Notes: generated by a model from the letters alone, not told the origin. Shown: positions 21,690-32,169, counted from the stretch's first letter. The stretch is DNA of 64,000 nucleotides from Candidatus Poriferihabitaceae bacterium (GCA_965237485.1 CBDEFQ010000006.1:273506-337505), one strand, 5' to 3'. Translations and numbers: made by a program.

Positions 21690-21826
21690 TGGTCCTTCAA
21701 TTTAATAATTGCGGGTCCAGAGCCCAAGAGCCGGTGCAGTGCAAGGCGCAGCTCGTAGGCAATGGTTGTTCCATTGTCAAGAGCTGCAACGCTGAATCCG
21801 TAATTATCAGATTGTAGGACCACTAG
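21686..21826. repeat. palindromic (MITE-like) element filling the clpS-clpA intercistronic gap
   Basis: 11-bp perfect termini: CTAGTGGTCCT (21686-21696) and AGGACCACTAG (21816-21826). The arms align for about 50 bp around a central CAATGG-ttgtt-CCATTG, and the left arm carries an extra stretch of about 24 nt. There is only one copy in this window. Confidence 0.6.
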
Positions 21827-21828
21827 TT

Positions 21829-24078
21829 ATGTTATCTAAGAATATTGAAGCAGCACTTACCAGTGCGGTAAGTAAGGCTCAGGAGTTAAAACATGAATTT
21901 GTCACAGTAGAGCATTTACTGTTCGCCATTGCTGATATCGAGTCTGTGCGATCGCTTATACATAGTTGCGGCGGTAGTGTAGATAAGCTTAAGGAAGACC
22001 TTGAACGCTTTTTAAGCGACATGATGCCGATGTTAGAAGAGACAGAAGAACTTGAAACGCAGCCGGGTATTGGCTTTCAACGAGTATTACGACGCGCTAT
22101 TTTACACGTGCAAAATTCAGGGCTGAAGGAAGTTCAGGGTGCCAACGTGTTGGTTTCCATCTTGAGCGAGAAAGATTCGCACGCAGCTTATTATTTGAAT
22201 TCTCAAGACGTAACTCGTTTTGACGTTGTGCGTGAAATCTCACACGGTATCGTCAATATCAGTAATGAAAATCCGCAAATTGAACATCAGACCGACCAAG
22301 AAGGTGAGTTTGGTGATCAAGGTGGCAAGAAAACTGCGCTTGAGTCTTATACCGTCAATCTAAATGAACTCGCCCGTCGAGGCAAAATTGACCCATTAAT
22401 TGGGCGGGAAAAAGAATTGCAGCGCACTGCGCAAATTTTGTGCCGCCGCCGTAAAAATAACCCTCTGTTTGTCGGTGAAGCAGGCGTTGGTAAAACGGCG
22501 TTAGCAGAAGGTTTGGCGCGCTTAATCGTTAAGGGCGATGTACCTGAAGTACTTGAAAGTGCCACTGTATATTCCTTAGATATAGGTGCCTTATTGGCGG
22601 GCACCAAATACCGCGGCGATTTCGAAGAGCGCCTAAAGGCGGTGATGAATGAACTTAAAAATGCGGATGACGCCATTTTATTTATCGATGAAATTCACAC
22701 CATCATTGGCGCAGGTGCGGTGTCTGGCGGGGCTTTAGATGCCTCGAATCTGCTTAAGCCGATGCTCGCCAATGGTGATATGAAGTGCATGGGCTCCACA
22801 ACCTATCAGGAGTATCGCAATATCTTTGAAAAAGACCGCGCCTTGTCGCGACGCTTTCAAAGCATCACTATTGAAGAGCCAACTATTGAAGAAGCGGTGC
22901 AAATTTTGCGCGGCTTAAAATCGCGCTTTGAAGAGCACCATAAAGTCAAATACACAGCACCTGCTTTGCGCAGTGCAGTCGAATTAGCAGCGCGTTATCT
23001 AAACGAGCGTTTTTTACCTGATACCGCGATTGATGTAATGGATGAAGCCGGAGCGAAGGTTCGTCTGGCACCTGCAGCCAAGCGCAAGAAAACAATTGGT
23101 GTAAAAGAGGTCGAAGCCATTGTTGCCAGTATGGCGCGAATTCCACCTAAGCAAGTTTCTACTGAAGACAAAAAGTCTTTAGCAAATTTGGAGCGGGATT
23201 TGAAAATGGTGGTATTCGGTCAAGATAAAGCTATTTCTACTTTGTCATCGGCGATCAAGATGTCGCGGGCCGGCTTGGGTGATAAAAATAAGCCCATTGG
23301 TTCATTTTTGTTTGCTGGTCCTACCGGCGTAGGTAAAACAGAAGTCACAAAGCAATTAGCCCACACAATGGGTATCGAGTTTTTACGTTTTGATATGTCG
23401 GAATACATGGAGCGGCATACTGTTTCCCGCCTAATTGGAGCCCCTCCAGGCTATGTGGGGTTCGACCAAGGAGGCTTATTAACCGACGCAGTAAACAAGC
23501 ACCCTCACGCCGTTTTGTTGCTTGATGAGATTGAAAAGGCGCATCCTGATCTGTTCAATATTTTATTACAAGTGATGGACTATGGGACGCTCACCGACAA
23601 CAACGGTAGGAAAGCGGACTTTAGAAACATCATTATTGTAATGACGACTAACGCAGGCGCCGTCGATGCGGCGCGCGGTACGATGGGCTTTGTAGAGCGT
23701 GAAGTAGAACTAGATAATTTTGAAGCAATTAAAAAGGCCTTTACGCCAGAATTTCGTAATCGCTTGGACGCAATGGTACATTTTCAACCGCTTGATGAAC
23801 CTACGATTATGCATGTCGTCGGCAAGTTTATCCTTGAACTCGAGCAGCAACTTGAAGACAAACAAGTGGGCTTAACCGTAGATAAGAAAGCACGCGAATG
23901 GCTGGCAGAAGAAGGCTACGATAAATCGATGGGTGCCCGGCCGATGTCGCGTGTTATTCAAGAACATATCAAACGACCATTAGCTGAAGATTTGCTATTT
24001 GGTGAATTAGTGCGCGGAGGCCAAGTAACAGTAACGGTCAAGTCTGGCAAGCTTAAGTGCATTGTTGAGGCTAAGTAA
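21829..24078 (+). CDS. clpA: ATP-dependent Clp protease ATP-binding subunit ClpA
   Basis: 749 aa with two AAA+ modules (GEAGVGKT, GPTGVGKT) and N-terminal HEFVTVEHLL. Confidence 0.95.
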   Translation: MLSKNIEAALTSAVSKAQELKHEFVTVEHLLFAIADIESVRSLIHSCGGSVDKLKEDLERFLSDMMPMLEETEELETQPGIGFQRVLRRAILHVQNSGLKEVQGANVLVSILSEKDSHAAYYLNSQDVTRFDVVREISHGIVNISNENPQIEHQTDQEGEFGDQGGKKTALESYTVNLNELARRGKIDPLIGREKELQRTAQILCRRRKNNPLFVGEAGVGKTALAEGLARLIVKGDVPEVLESATVYSLDIGALLAGTKYRGDFEERLKAVMNELKNADDAILFIDEIHTIIGAGAVSGGALDASNLLKPMLANGDMKCMGSTTYQEYRNIFEKDRALSRRFQSITIEEPTIEEAVQILRGLKSRFEEHHKVKYTAPALRSAVELAARYLNERFLPDTAIDVMDEAGAKVRLAPAAKRKKTIGVKEVEAIVASMARIPPKQVSTEDKKSLANLERDLKMVVFGQDKAISTLSSAIKMSRAGLGDKNKPIGSFLFAGPTGVGKTEVTKQLAHTMGIEFLRFDMSEYMERHTVSRLIGAPPGYVGFDQGGLLTDAVNKHPHAVLLLDEIEKAHPDLFNILLQVMDYGTLTDNNGRKADFRNIIIVMTTNAGAVDAARGTMGFVEREVELDNFEAIKKAFTPEFRNRLDAMVHFQPLDEPTIMHVVGKFILELEQQLEDKQVGLTVDKKAREWLAEEGYDKSMGARPMSRVIQEHIKRPLAEDLLFGELVRGGQVTVTVKSGKLKCIVEAK

Positions 24079-24616
24079 TTTGTCTGAAAATTTGATTCAT
24101 CGGCGTATAAGACGAGGTTTTATTGCACTTTGCTTTGTAGCAGCTGGGTTTGCAGCGCCTTCTAGTTTTGCCGTTAAAAACCAGCTACATAAGCTACCCG
24201 AACCCGTCGCTGTAAGTGAATTTGAGTTGCAAGACTTGGATGACCACACTTATAAGCTTTCAGATTACCTAGGTAAGCCGCTGATTGTTAATTTCTGGGC
24301 CTCTTGGTGCCCGCCTTGTCGAGCAGAAATGCCTTCAATGAACCGTGCTTGGCACAAGATCAAGGACGAGGGCATCAGCTTATTGGCGATTAACACAGGG
24401 GAAGATTACGACGCGGTATTTGGTTTCTTTGCCGAAATGGAAGTCGATTTCCCATTGCTAATTGACTCGAAAAACAGCACCTATAATAATTGGAGTGTGC
24501 GTGGTCTTCCTACCACATTTGTTTTGAATTCGAGCGGTGAAATCGTCTACAGAGCCGTTGGTGAACGTGAATGGGATGACGAGGAGCTTTTAGCGCAAAT
24601 CCGAGCTTTACTCTAG
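24062..24616 (+). CDS. TlpA/ResA-like periplasmic thiol:disulfide oxidoreductase
   Basis: It has a signal-like N-terminus and a thioredoxin WCPPC motif (FWASWCPPCRAEMP). The start is uncertain: TTG at 24062, 24080 or 24092. Confidence 0.8.
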   Translation: MLRLSNLSENLIHRRIRRGFIALCFVAAGFAAPSSFAVKNQLHKLPEPVAVSEFELQDLDDHTYKLSDYLGKPLIVNFWASWCPPCRAEMPSMNRAWHKIKDEGISLLAINTGEDYDAVFGFFAEMEVDFPLLIDSKNSTYNNWSVRGLPTTFVLNSSGEIVYRAVGEREWDDEELLAQIRALL

Positions 24617-24670
24617 CCCTTTAAGCATTAGGTTAAGTTCTCATATCGCGTAAGTAAGAACAGATGTTCG

Positions 24671-25789
24671 TTACTTTGGGCTAAGAATATATAACTCGCC
24701 TTGTTGTTTCATTTTGCCAGCCCTTTGTTCAGCAACTGAACCCGTTCCCCAAAATAAATCTGCGCGCAAGCGCCCTTTGATTGCGCCGCCTGTATCTTGT
24801 GCGAACACCAGCTGATTTAGAGGAGAGTTTTGCTCATCGGGAAATGTGGTTACTATCCACATTGCCGTGCCCAATGGCACCACTTTCGGGTCAATGGCAA
24901 GACTCCGCTCGGCGGTGATCGGTATGTTCATTGAGCCGATGGGGCCTTCGTTTATGTCATCGCGGAGTATAAAGAACACGTAGCTTGGGTTATCGTTTAA
25001 TAAATCTTGCGCTGCTTCAGGGTTGTCCTTAAGCCACTTCTTAATGCTAAATAAGTTCACATCTTCGCGTTCAAGCTCCTCGCGTTGAATTAACAATTTG
25101 CCTACAGATACATAAGGATGGCCGTTTTGGTTAGCATAACCCGCACCAATAATTTTGCCATTGGGCAGTTGCACGCGACCAGAACCTTGAATTTGTAGGA
25201 AAAATAGCGCGTCGCGATCGCTGACCCATAGTAACTCGTTACCTTTTAGCGGCGCGTCATCGCTTTGTATTTCTGCGCGTGAGTAATACGGAAGAACTTT
25301 ATTACCTTCGATTCTTGCGCGGACTCTTTTATCTTTGAGTTCTGGGTAAAGACTTGAAAGGTCGACGGTTAATAACCCGTCAGGGGGTCCATACAATGGG
25401 TAACGATAGTGGGCATCTTGCTGATAGCTACCTTGCAATAAGGGTTCGTAGTAGCCTGTAATCAAGCCTTGTTCAGCACCGTCTTCAGTCAATAATTGTT
25501 TTGGTGTAAACCGTTGCTCAATAAAGGCTTTAACAGCAGTATCACTTACTTCAGGCAGGCTTGCAGCATCCGCGCAAATTGCTTGCCAGTGCCCCTTATT
25601 TTTTAGTTTTCGACAACCTTTCAGTAAAGCAGGCCAAGCCTGTGTATGGTGATCTTCATTCCAGCCGGGTAAATCAGCCCAAGCGACTGATTTGCTTAAG
25701 CGCGGCCCGGTTTTATCCGTTGTTTGGCAGGCATTAAGTAGTAAAGCAACGCTTATGATACTGGCGGTGCGCCAAAATAGTTTGCCCAC
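24671..25789 (-). CDS. mltA: membrane-bound lytic murein transglycosylase A
   Basis: 372 aa with a lipoprotein-like N-terminus (LLNAC) and MltA/3D-domain pattern (GSGRVQLPNGK, QDTGGAIKG). Confidence 0.88.
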   Translation of the reverse strand: MGKLFWRTASIISVALLLNACQTTDKTGPRLSKSVAWADLPGWNEDHHTQAWPALLKGCRKLKNKGHWQAICADAASLPEVSDTAVKAFIEQRFTPKQLLTEDGAEQGLITGYYEPLLQGSYQQDAHYRYPLYGPPDGLLTVDLSSLYPELKDKRVRARIEGNKVLPYYSRAEIQSDDAPLKGNELLWVSDRDALFFLQIQGSGRVQLPNGKIIGAGYANQNGHPYVSVGKLLIQREELEREDVNLFSIKKWLKDNPEAAQDLLNDNPSYVFFILRDDINEGPIGSMNIPITAERSLAIDPKVVPLGTAMWIVTTFPDEQNSPLNQLVFAQDTGGAIKGRLRADLFWGTGSVAEQRAGKMKQQGELYILSPK

Positions 25790-25791
25790 TC

Positions 25792-26763
25792 CTAAGAATC
25801 ACCTGCGCTGCGTGCGTGAAAGATAAAGCCGATGCTATTGAGCAGCAATTGAGCTGCCAATATTGAAGTGGTATCAGTTGGGTCGTAGATTGGGGCGACC
25901 TCGACCAGATCTATGCCGATGATGTTGCCGCCGCTGCGAATGGCCAGTGCCTGAATAATTTCCAGTACTTCATAGTATAGAAAACCACCGTGGCTTGGGG
26001 TGCCCGTACCGGGTGCGATAGAAGGGTCAAAGCCATCAATATCGATGGTGATGTAATAGTTTTTCTCGGTTGGGATACGCGCCATAACACCGTCCACTCC
26101 TAGACGCCTTACATCTCTAACCGACAAGATATCAGAGCCCGCTGCGCGGGCGGCATCGTAGTCATCGCTGTTGGATGACGATACGTTGCGGATACCCATT
26201 TGGGTCATACCTTCAATATGATTCATCTCTGAAGCGCGGCGTAAAGGGTTGCCGTGACCGTATCGGACCCCATGGCGTTCGTCGACAAAGTCTAAGTGCG
26301 CATCAAAATGAATGATATGAATCGGCCCTTTATTCTCAAATGCTTGAATGATCGGTGCATGTACTGAATGATCGCCGCCTAAACAAACGGGCATGGCGCC
26401 GGCTTGTAATATTTTTGAAACAGCGTAGTAAGTGTTCTCGTGACTTTTATGCATGTCGGTGTGTACGATATCGGTATCTCCCACATCGACCATACGACAC
26501 TGCTCTTGAGTGAGATACATCTTGTCGTCTTCAAAATCATATGCGCCACCGTGACCAAACGAAAACAAGGTTGAAGCATCACGTATTCCACGAGGGCCAA
26601 AACGCGCGCCGGAACGCCATTGAGTGCCCATGTCGTTGGGCACGCCTAAAATAGCGACATCGGCATCAATGTTTTCCCAGTTGGTGCATATTGGTGCTTT
26701 GGCAAAGCTGCAATGGCCTACAAAAGGTAGGTTTAAGCGGTCCGATTCATAATTATTGGACAT
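25792..26763 (-). CDS. agmatinase/ureohydrolase-family enzyme (agmatinase, guanidinobutyrase or related)
   Basis: Arginase-fold motifs GGDHS, DAHLD and IDIDGFDP. Start chosen at ATG 26763 (GAGGA SD 4 nt upstream, MSNNYESDRL...). The 428-aa tracked ORF is an upstream run-on that overlaps the next gene. Confidence 0.85.
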   Translation of the reverse strand: MSNNYESDRLNLPFVGHCSFAKAPICTNWENIDADVAILGVPNDMGTQWRSGARFGPRGIRDASTLFSFGHGGAYDFEDDKMYLTQEQCRMVDVGDTDIVHTDMHKSHENTYYAVSKILQAGAMPVCLGGDHSVHAPIIQAFENKGPIHIIHFDAHLDFVDERHGVRYGHGNPLRRASEMNHIEGMTQMGIRNVSSSNSDDYDAARAAGSDILSVRDVRRLGVDGVMARIPTEKNYYITIDIDGFDPSIAPGTGTPSHGGFLYYEVLEIIQALAIRSGGNIIGIDLVEVAPIYDPTDTTSILAAQLLLNSIGFIFHARSAGDS

Positions 26764-26830
26764 GATTTTCCTCAGAGAAACAAGAAATTGGATTGTGCAT
26801 GATCGCACGAGTATTTGCGATCTTGATCCG

Positions 26831-27430
26831 CTAAAACTGCCATACAGCTGCAATCCCCCCCGCCTTGGCACCGGCAGATACCCAAGGTGCCCACCGAGGC
26901 GTTTGTTTGCCAAACAACCTCCATGCATCGATGGCCGCGGGCAAAGCAATGGCCCAGGCAATGTCATTACTTGAATAGGATGTCGCACCAGCGATTCCAG
27001 TCGTGTCGCCTTCTTGGTGATCTTTAAGCACGGCCAGATAAGCCGCAGTAATAGCGATATGGCCAAGCACCAGCCCACCTAGTAAGGCTTGCTTGTTGGA
27101 GCTTAAACTGGGTTGCGTAAGTTCAGCAAAGGCAAGTTCAGAAATAATCCATTGGCTTTGAAATCCTGCAGAAGACAATCGTAAGGCCTGTTGATCACTG
27201 TCATCTTGATTGCGATACTTTACCGTGAAGTTGTCGAAGTAGGCATCAGCGTCTTCAATTTCCGCCACTAAAAAGTGACCCAATTCGTGGCCAGCGATGG
27301 TCACTGCGATGCCGCCCAGCATGATGGGCCAGTTGGATTTTAGGTTTGCAAGATCTACTAGCTGTGCCTGAGCAATGGTCGGTGATAGTGCTAGACCAAT
27401 GATTAAGCAAAAACGGACTAAATGCTTCAT
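26831..27430 (-). CDS. uncharacterised exported/membrane protein with HExxH motif, coupled to ccmI
   Basis: 199 aa with a signal-like N-terminus (MKHLVRFCLIIGLALSPTIAQA). HELGH is embedded in a hydrophobic segment (GGIAVTIAGHELGHFLVA). Its ATG overlaps the ccmI stop (ATGA). Confidence 0.65.
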   Translation of the reverse strand: MKHLVRFCLIIGLALSPTIAQAQLVDLANLKSNWPIMLGGIAVTIAGHELGHFLVAEIEDADAYFDNFTVKYRNQDDSDQQALRLSSAGFQSQWIISELAFAELTQPSLSSNKQALLGGLVLGHIAITAAYLAVLKDHQEGDTTGIAGATSYSSNDIAWAIALPAAIDAWRLFGKQTPRWAPWVSAGAKAGGIAAVWQF

Positions 27431-28734
27431 TTAATGCGCTCGGACAAAATGAGTTTGATCGGTTGGCTGCGGCTGTTTTTGGTCGCGAAGTCGGGCGTTT
27501 TGATGTCCCCGCTTTGCGCGATTGGCTCACCGCTGCGTGAGATTCTAGCGCTAACAACCAGGTCGCTAAAGCGGCTAATACTCATTTGCGCGATCATCGC
27601 ATTACTGTCATTTAAGGTTACTTGTAAGGGTAAATCAGCCACGGTCTTTCTTACTACAGCTAGGGGCACCTTAGGTCCAGATTGTGCTTTTGCGACTATA
27701 AATACGGTGTCACTCGCTTGCACGGTGCTTTGCAAGCTTGGATCTAGGCTAAGTACCACCTTCAACTCAACCCCTTGCGCGCTAGTATCTGCCTGCACTT
27801 TTGACGAGGCGACAGACGCTTGGTTTAGATTTAGATGCTCAGCTGATTCATTATGCGCCTGAATTTTGGCTATTAGATTTAGTTCTATTGTATCTGCGCT
27901 AGAACCTAAATTTAGCTTGGCGCTATCGATTAAACTTTGAATTTGCTTGCGCGTATCAGAATCGTCGCGCAATAGGAGTACGGCCCACAACCAATTTTCT
28001 AATGCTAGCTGGGTTTGCCCAAACTCTAGTTGACCCAAACCCATTAACCATCGCGCTTTAATATGATGCGGGTCAAGTGAAAGCGCTTGTTTTAATATGC
28101 GTAGGCTTCGCGCAGTAAATACTCGGTTATCGTCCATCACCATTACATCGGCTTGTTCAGCGAGTAAATCTGCATTTGGGCCGGTTAACCCAAGCAGCGA
28201 ATTATAGGTACGCTGCGCGTCGGCATACCGTCCGATTCGGCTATAGGTTTGCGCAAGCAAGAATAAACCGCGCTCATCGTTTGCGTTTGTTTTAAGACGA
28301 GCTTCCAAGCCGCCAACTAAATCATCGAGGCTAGGGATCACCGCTTGCTGAGAAGGGGCAGATTGCTGAGCCAATGTCTGGTAGTTCACTGCACCTGTTA
28401 GCGTGTACGTCAACAGCGCTATAACCGGAATAGCTAGCAAGGTAATCGAAGAGGCAAATTTAGGCGCATGTTGGTGCTGGTTGGATAATTCGGCTGACGT
28501 ATTCAATTCATCTGCCAGTGCTGTTTCGAGGTCAGCCATTGCAAGCTGTTTTTCAGACTTTGTGATGTCACCGGTATCAAATGCAGAATTTATTTCATTG
28601 CGGCGTTCTCTGGCAATAGCAATATTGCGTTGGTGATTGCTCTCTAAGCGTAGCTGCGCCTTACTACGCAATGGTCGTAGTACGATGAACATGGCTAGGG
28701 CTAACATTAAGCCAGCTAAAACCCAAAACACCAT
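27427..28734 (-). CDS. ccmI: cytochrome c-type biogenesis protein CcmI (CycH)
   Basis: 435 aa with an N-terminal TM (MVFWVLAGLMLALAMFIVLRPLR) and a TPR-like region. It is the last canonical gene of the ccm operon. Confidence 0.85.
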   Translation of the reverse strand: MVFWVLAGLMLALAMFIVLRPLRSKAQLRLESNHQRNIAIARERRNEINSAFDTGDITKSEKQLAMADLETALADELNTSAELSNQHQHAPKFASSITLLAIPVIALLTYTLTGAVNYQTLAQQSAPSQQAVIPSLDDLVGGLEARLKTNANDERGLFLLAQTYSRIGRYADAQRTYNSLLGLTGPNADLLAEQADVMVMDDNRVFTARSLRILKQALSLDPHHIKARWLMGLGQLEFGQTQLALENWLWAVLLLRDDSDTRKQIQSLIDSAKLNLGSSADTIELNLIAKIQAHNESAEHLNLNQASVASSKVQADTSAQGVELKVVLSLDPSLQSTVQASDTVFIVAKAQSGPKVPLAVVRKTVADLPLQVTLNDSNAMIAQMSISRFSDLVVSARISRSGEPIAQSGDIKTPDFATKNSRSQPIKLILSERIK

Positions 28735-28739
28735 CGGTA

Positions 28740-29198
28740 TTATTCGTCCTTAAGCAGTGTCTTGGCGCATTGCAAACCCGCTACCGAATCTGTTGCGATT
28801 GCACCGCGTTTTTTTAGCACCATAAACGCGAAAGCAAAGGCTAGGATTAAAAACACGAAAGGTCCAAACCAAAGTAAGACTGTAGTTGCTTTAATCGGGG
28901 GACGGTACATTACAAAATCACCATAACGTTCGGTCATGAACGCTACAATTTGCTTACGGCTTTTACCCGCAATCACCATCTGGTAGGTTTTACTACGCAG
29001 GTCTTTGGCTAAATCGGCATTTGAATCTGCAAGGTTTTGATTTTGGCAGACTAGGCAGCGTAATTCTTTGATCAACGCTTGGTATGTTTGTTCTTGCTCG
29101 GCGCTTTTAAACTGGTGTTCCTCTATTGAATCACCGTGCGCCAATAAACTTACGCTTAGCAAGCACAGCGTAGCTATCTTAAACAGCACTTTGATCAT
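28740..29198 (-). CDS. ccmH: cytochrome c-type biogenesis protein CcmH
   Basis: 152 aa with the LRCLVCQNQ(N)LADSNA motif. Confidence 0.92.
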   Translation of the reverse strand: MIKVLFKIATLCLLSVSLLAHGDSIEEHQFKSAEQEQTYQALIKELRCLVCQNQNLADSNADLAKDLRSKTYQMVIAGKSRKQIVAFMTERYGDFVMYRPPIKATTVLLWFGPFVFLILAFAFAFMVLKKRGAIATDSVAGLQCAKTLLKDE

Positions 29199-29725
29199 GA
29201 TTCTGTTTGCAATTGTGAAATCAGCGGAATCAATTTTTCTTCGATTATCTTCGGGTTAAACGGGCCAATTTGCTTAAAACGGATACGACCTTTTTTATCT
29301 ACCAAAAAGCTTTCTGGTACGCCGTATACCCCGTAATCGATTCCTATATCGCCCTTTAAATCATACGCAATGTGATTATAGGGGTCGCCAAATTGCTGCA
29401 ACCATTGCTGTGCGTCTTCACGTTGGTCTTTATAGTTTAAACCTACCAAGGTAACTACACTTTGTTTAGAAACCTCATTAATTAATGGGTGTTCTACGCG
29501 GCAAGCCGCACACCAGGAAGCCCAAACATTCAATAGCCAAACTTTTCCAAGTAAGTCTTGTGTGCTAATATTTTGCTCTGGAGTATGCAGTGTGGCCACA
29601 CTAAAGGCCGGCGCAGGTTTGTCGACTAAAGGCGAAGGAATTTTCTTAGGGTCGAGTTTTAAGCCAACCGCGAGAAAGCCAATTAAAACAAAAAAGCCAA
29701 TTAAGGGCAAAAGATAGCGAGTCAT
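29195..29725 (-). CDS. ccmG: thiol:disulfide interchange protein CcmG/DsbE
   Basis: 176 aa with WASWCAACRVEHP and GVYGVPE. Confidence 0.92.
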   Translation of the reverse strand: MTRYLLPLIGFFVLIGFLAVGLKLDPKKIPSPLVDKPAPAFSVATLHTPEQNISTQDLLGKVWLLNVWASWCAACRVEHPLINEVSKQSVVTLVGLNYKDQREDAQQWLQQFGDPYNHIAYDLKGDIGIDYGVYGVPESFLVDKKGRIRFKQIGPFNPKIIEEKLIPLISQLQTES

Positions 29726-31711
29726 TTAGCTACCTGTTGCGGCAATGGCGTCATGGGTAGAACTCTTGGCTTCTCTCGTAGCGAGTTTTCTATACCGCGG
29801 GTCGGTCGCAGCTAGTAAACCGCCAAAGGCCATGATCAACGCTCCCAACCAAATCCAGCGGATCAACGGCTTGTGATAGATGCGTAAGGCCCACGCGCCA
29901 TCTTCACCAATGGGCTCGCCAAGCGCAACATATAAGTCCCGAAACAATCCTGCGTCAATGGAGGCTTCGGTCATGGGCATCCCAGAGTTATAGTTACGCT
30001 TTTGCGGTGTCAGTATAGCTATAGGCGAATCCTTGCCGTTTTTGGTCACAACCACGTTGCCTTCGGAAGCGCTGTAGTTAGGCCCTTGAGTTTGCTTAAC
30101 CCCGTCAAAAGTAAACGTGTACTGTGCTACGTTAATTTGTTGGTTTGGGCTGGCCCGTAAATCTTTCTCGATGCTGTACGCCGATGTCATGGTGACACCG
30201 ATAACAAATACACCTAATCCAACATGCCCTGCAACCATACCGTAAAACCCTCTGGGCGCAGTATTCATCGCGCGAAAGCCACTCGCAGGTATACGTAGTC
30301 GGTCGTAGATCAAACTTAAGCTAGATAAAATGGTCCAGCTACCCAACATGCAACCTAAAGCGGCATTAATTGAGTAATGAGATTGCAACAATGGAGCGGT
30401 GAAGCCGATAAGTAAACTTAGGATTAATGGCACAATCAGTTTTTTGCTGATTCGATTAAGAGAATCGCGTTTCCAGCGCGTATAGGCACCGAGAGAAACC
30501 AGTAGGGCTAGCGGGATGGTCAATGGCACAAAAACGCTGTCGAAATAAGGCGGGCCGACTGAGATTTTACCCATTCCCAGCGCATCCAAAATAAGTGGGT
30601 ACAAAGTACCAAGTAACACGCTCGCCGCTGCGACAACCAGCAATATATTATTAATTAATAAGCTGGTTTCGCGTGATACGTTTTCAAAGCGCACATGGCT
30701 GCGAATTTGTGGCGCTCGCCACGCGTATAACGCCAATGATCCGCCAATAACGATTCCAAGAAAAATAAGTATAAATAAGCCGCGTCCGGGGTCAGATGCA
30801 AATGAGTGTACCGAGGTCAGTACACCTGAGCGGACCAGAAAGGTGCCTAGTAATGACAGCGAGAATGCCAGTACCGCCAGTAACACGGTCCATGCTTTGA
30901 ATACGCCGCGTTTTTCAGTAGCTGCTAAAGAATGCATCAGTGCGGTGGCGACGAGCCAAGGCATGAAAGAGGCGTTCTCAACCGGGTCCCAAAACCACCA
31001 GCCACCCCAGCCAAGTTCGTAATAAGCCCACCAAGAGCCAAGCGCAATGCCAATAGTCAGGAACAACCACGCTACGTTTGTCCACGGGCGTGACCAACGC
31101 GCCCAACTGGCATCGAGACGCCCGCCGATCATGGCGGCAATCGCAAAGGCAAAGGCCACGCTTAAGCCGACGTAGCCCATGTATAGCATGGGCGGGTGTA
31201 TCGCCAAGCCAAAATCTTGTAACAAAGGATTGAGGTCTCGGCCCTCAAGTGGGGTTGGATATAATCGCTCAAATGGGTTTGAAGTAAGCAGCATAAACAG
31301 TAAAAAGCCGATGCTGATCATGCCCATCACTGCTAATACTTGAGCGACGATTTGCGTCGGCATGGAACGACTAAAAAGCGCGACCGCAGCCGTCCACAAG
31401 CTAAGCATTAAAGCCCAAAGTAATAATGAACCTTCGTGCGAACCCCATACACCAGATATCTTAAATAAGAGAGGTAACTGCGTGTTTGAGTGCGCGGTAA
31501 CCAATTTTACTGAAAAATCACTGCTTATAAATAAATAAGTGAGACAGGCAAAGGAGAGTACAACGAATCCAAATTGTGCCAGTGCGACCGGCTTGGCGAC
31601 AGCAATCCAATTTGCATAACCCCTACGCAGGCCTATGGTCGGAATGATGGCAAGTATTAATGCCATGCATAAGGCGATTGCCAGTGCGAAGTTGCCGACT
31701 TCAGCAATCAT
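29726..31711 (-). CDS. ccmF: cytochrome c heme lyase subunit CcmF
   Basis: 661-aa polytopic protein with the [12 protein letters not shown] (WWD) motif. Confidence 0.94.
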   Translation of the reverse strand: MIAEVGNFALAIALCMALILAIIPTIGLRRGYANWIAVAKPVALAQFGFVVLSFACLTYLFISSDFSVKLVTAHSNTQLPLLFKISGVWGSHEGSLLLWALMLSLWTAAVALFSRSMPTQIVAQVLAVMGMISIGFLLFMLLTSNPFERLYPTPLEGRDLNPLLQDFGLAIHPPMLYMGYVGLSVAFAFAIAAMIGGRLDASWARWSRPWTNVAWLFLTIGIALGSWWAYYELGWGGWWFWDPVENASFMPWLVATALMHSLAATEKRGVFKAWTVLLAVLAFSLSLLGTFLVRSGVLTSVHSFASDPGRGLFILIFLGIVIGGSLALYAWRAPQIRSHVRFENVSRETSLLINNILLVVAAASVLLGTLYPLILDALGMGKISVGPPYFDSVFVPLTIPLALLVSLGAYTRWKRDSLNRISKKLIVPLILSLLIGFTAPLLQSHYSINAALGCMLGSWTILSSLSLIYDRLRIPASGFRAMNTAPRGFYGMVAGHVGLGVFVIGVTMTSAYSIEKDLRASPNQQINVAQYTFTFDGVKQTQGPNYSASEGNVVVTKNGKDSPIAILTPQKRNYNSGMPMTEASIDAGLFRDLYVALGEPIGEDGAWALRIYHKPLIRWIWLGALIMAFGGLLAATDPRYRKLATREAKSSTHDAIAATGS

Positions 31712-32169
31712 TGGTTTGTTGCCGTATCGGGCTTAGCGTACATGTCTTTATTGGCCTGTTTTAACGCCGCTGTCACTTCTGGGGGCATATAATTTTCGTC
31801 GTGTTTGGCTAACACTTCTTCGGCTTTAAACGTGTCGCCTTCGAGCTTGCCTAAAGCAACAATGCCTTGGCCTTCACGGAAAAGATCGGGCAAGATGCCA
31901 GTGTATTCAACCGGTACGGTTTGCGCAGTGTCCGTCAATGTGAAACGCACGCTTAAGTCGGAACTGCTGCGGGCTATACTGTCGTCAACCACCATCCCAC
32001 CGATGCGAAAGGAAATGCCTTGTGGTGCCTCACCAGCGACAATTTGTGATGGTGAAAAGAAAAAATTCATGTTTTCTTTTAGGGCCATTAAGGTAAGGCC
32101 TACGGCGATAGAAATGCCTACGAGTAAAAGGGCAATCAGCAATAGCCTTTGTTTGCGCTTGGGTTTCAT
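31708..32169 (-). CDS. ccmE: heme chaperone CcmE
   Basis: 153 aa. It has an N-terminal anchor, an OB-fold, and C-terminal [13 protein letters not shown] carrying the heme-binding His. Confidence 0.93.
   Translation of the reverse strand: MKPKRKQRLLLIALLLVGISIAVGLTLMALKENMNFFFSPSQIVAGEAPQGISFRIGGMVVDDSIARSSSDLSVRFTLTDTAQTVPVEYTGILPDLFREGQGIVALGKLEGDTFKAEEVLAKHDENYMPPEVTAALKQANKDMYAKPDTATNQ

Noticed and set aside
25792-27078. The 428-aa tracked ORF taken as the full agmatinase-family gene
   Set aside because: Its first 105 or so codons overlap the better-supported 199-aa ORF and lack arginase-family similarity. An internal ATG at 26763 has a GAGGA SD and yields a normal-length enzyme.
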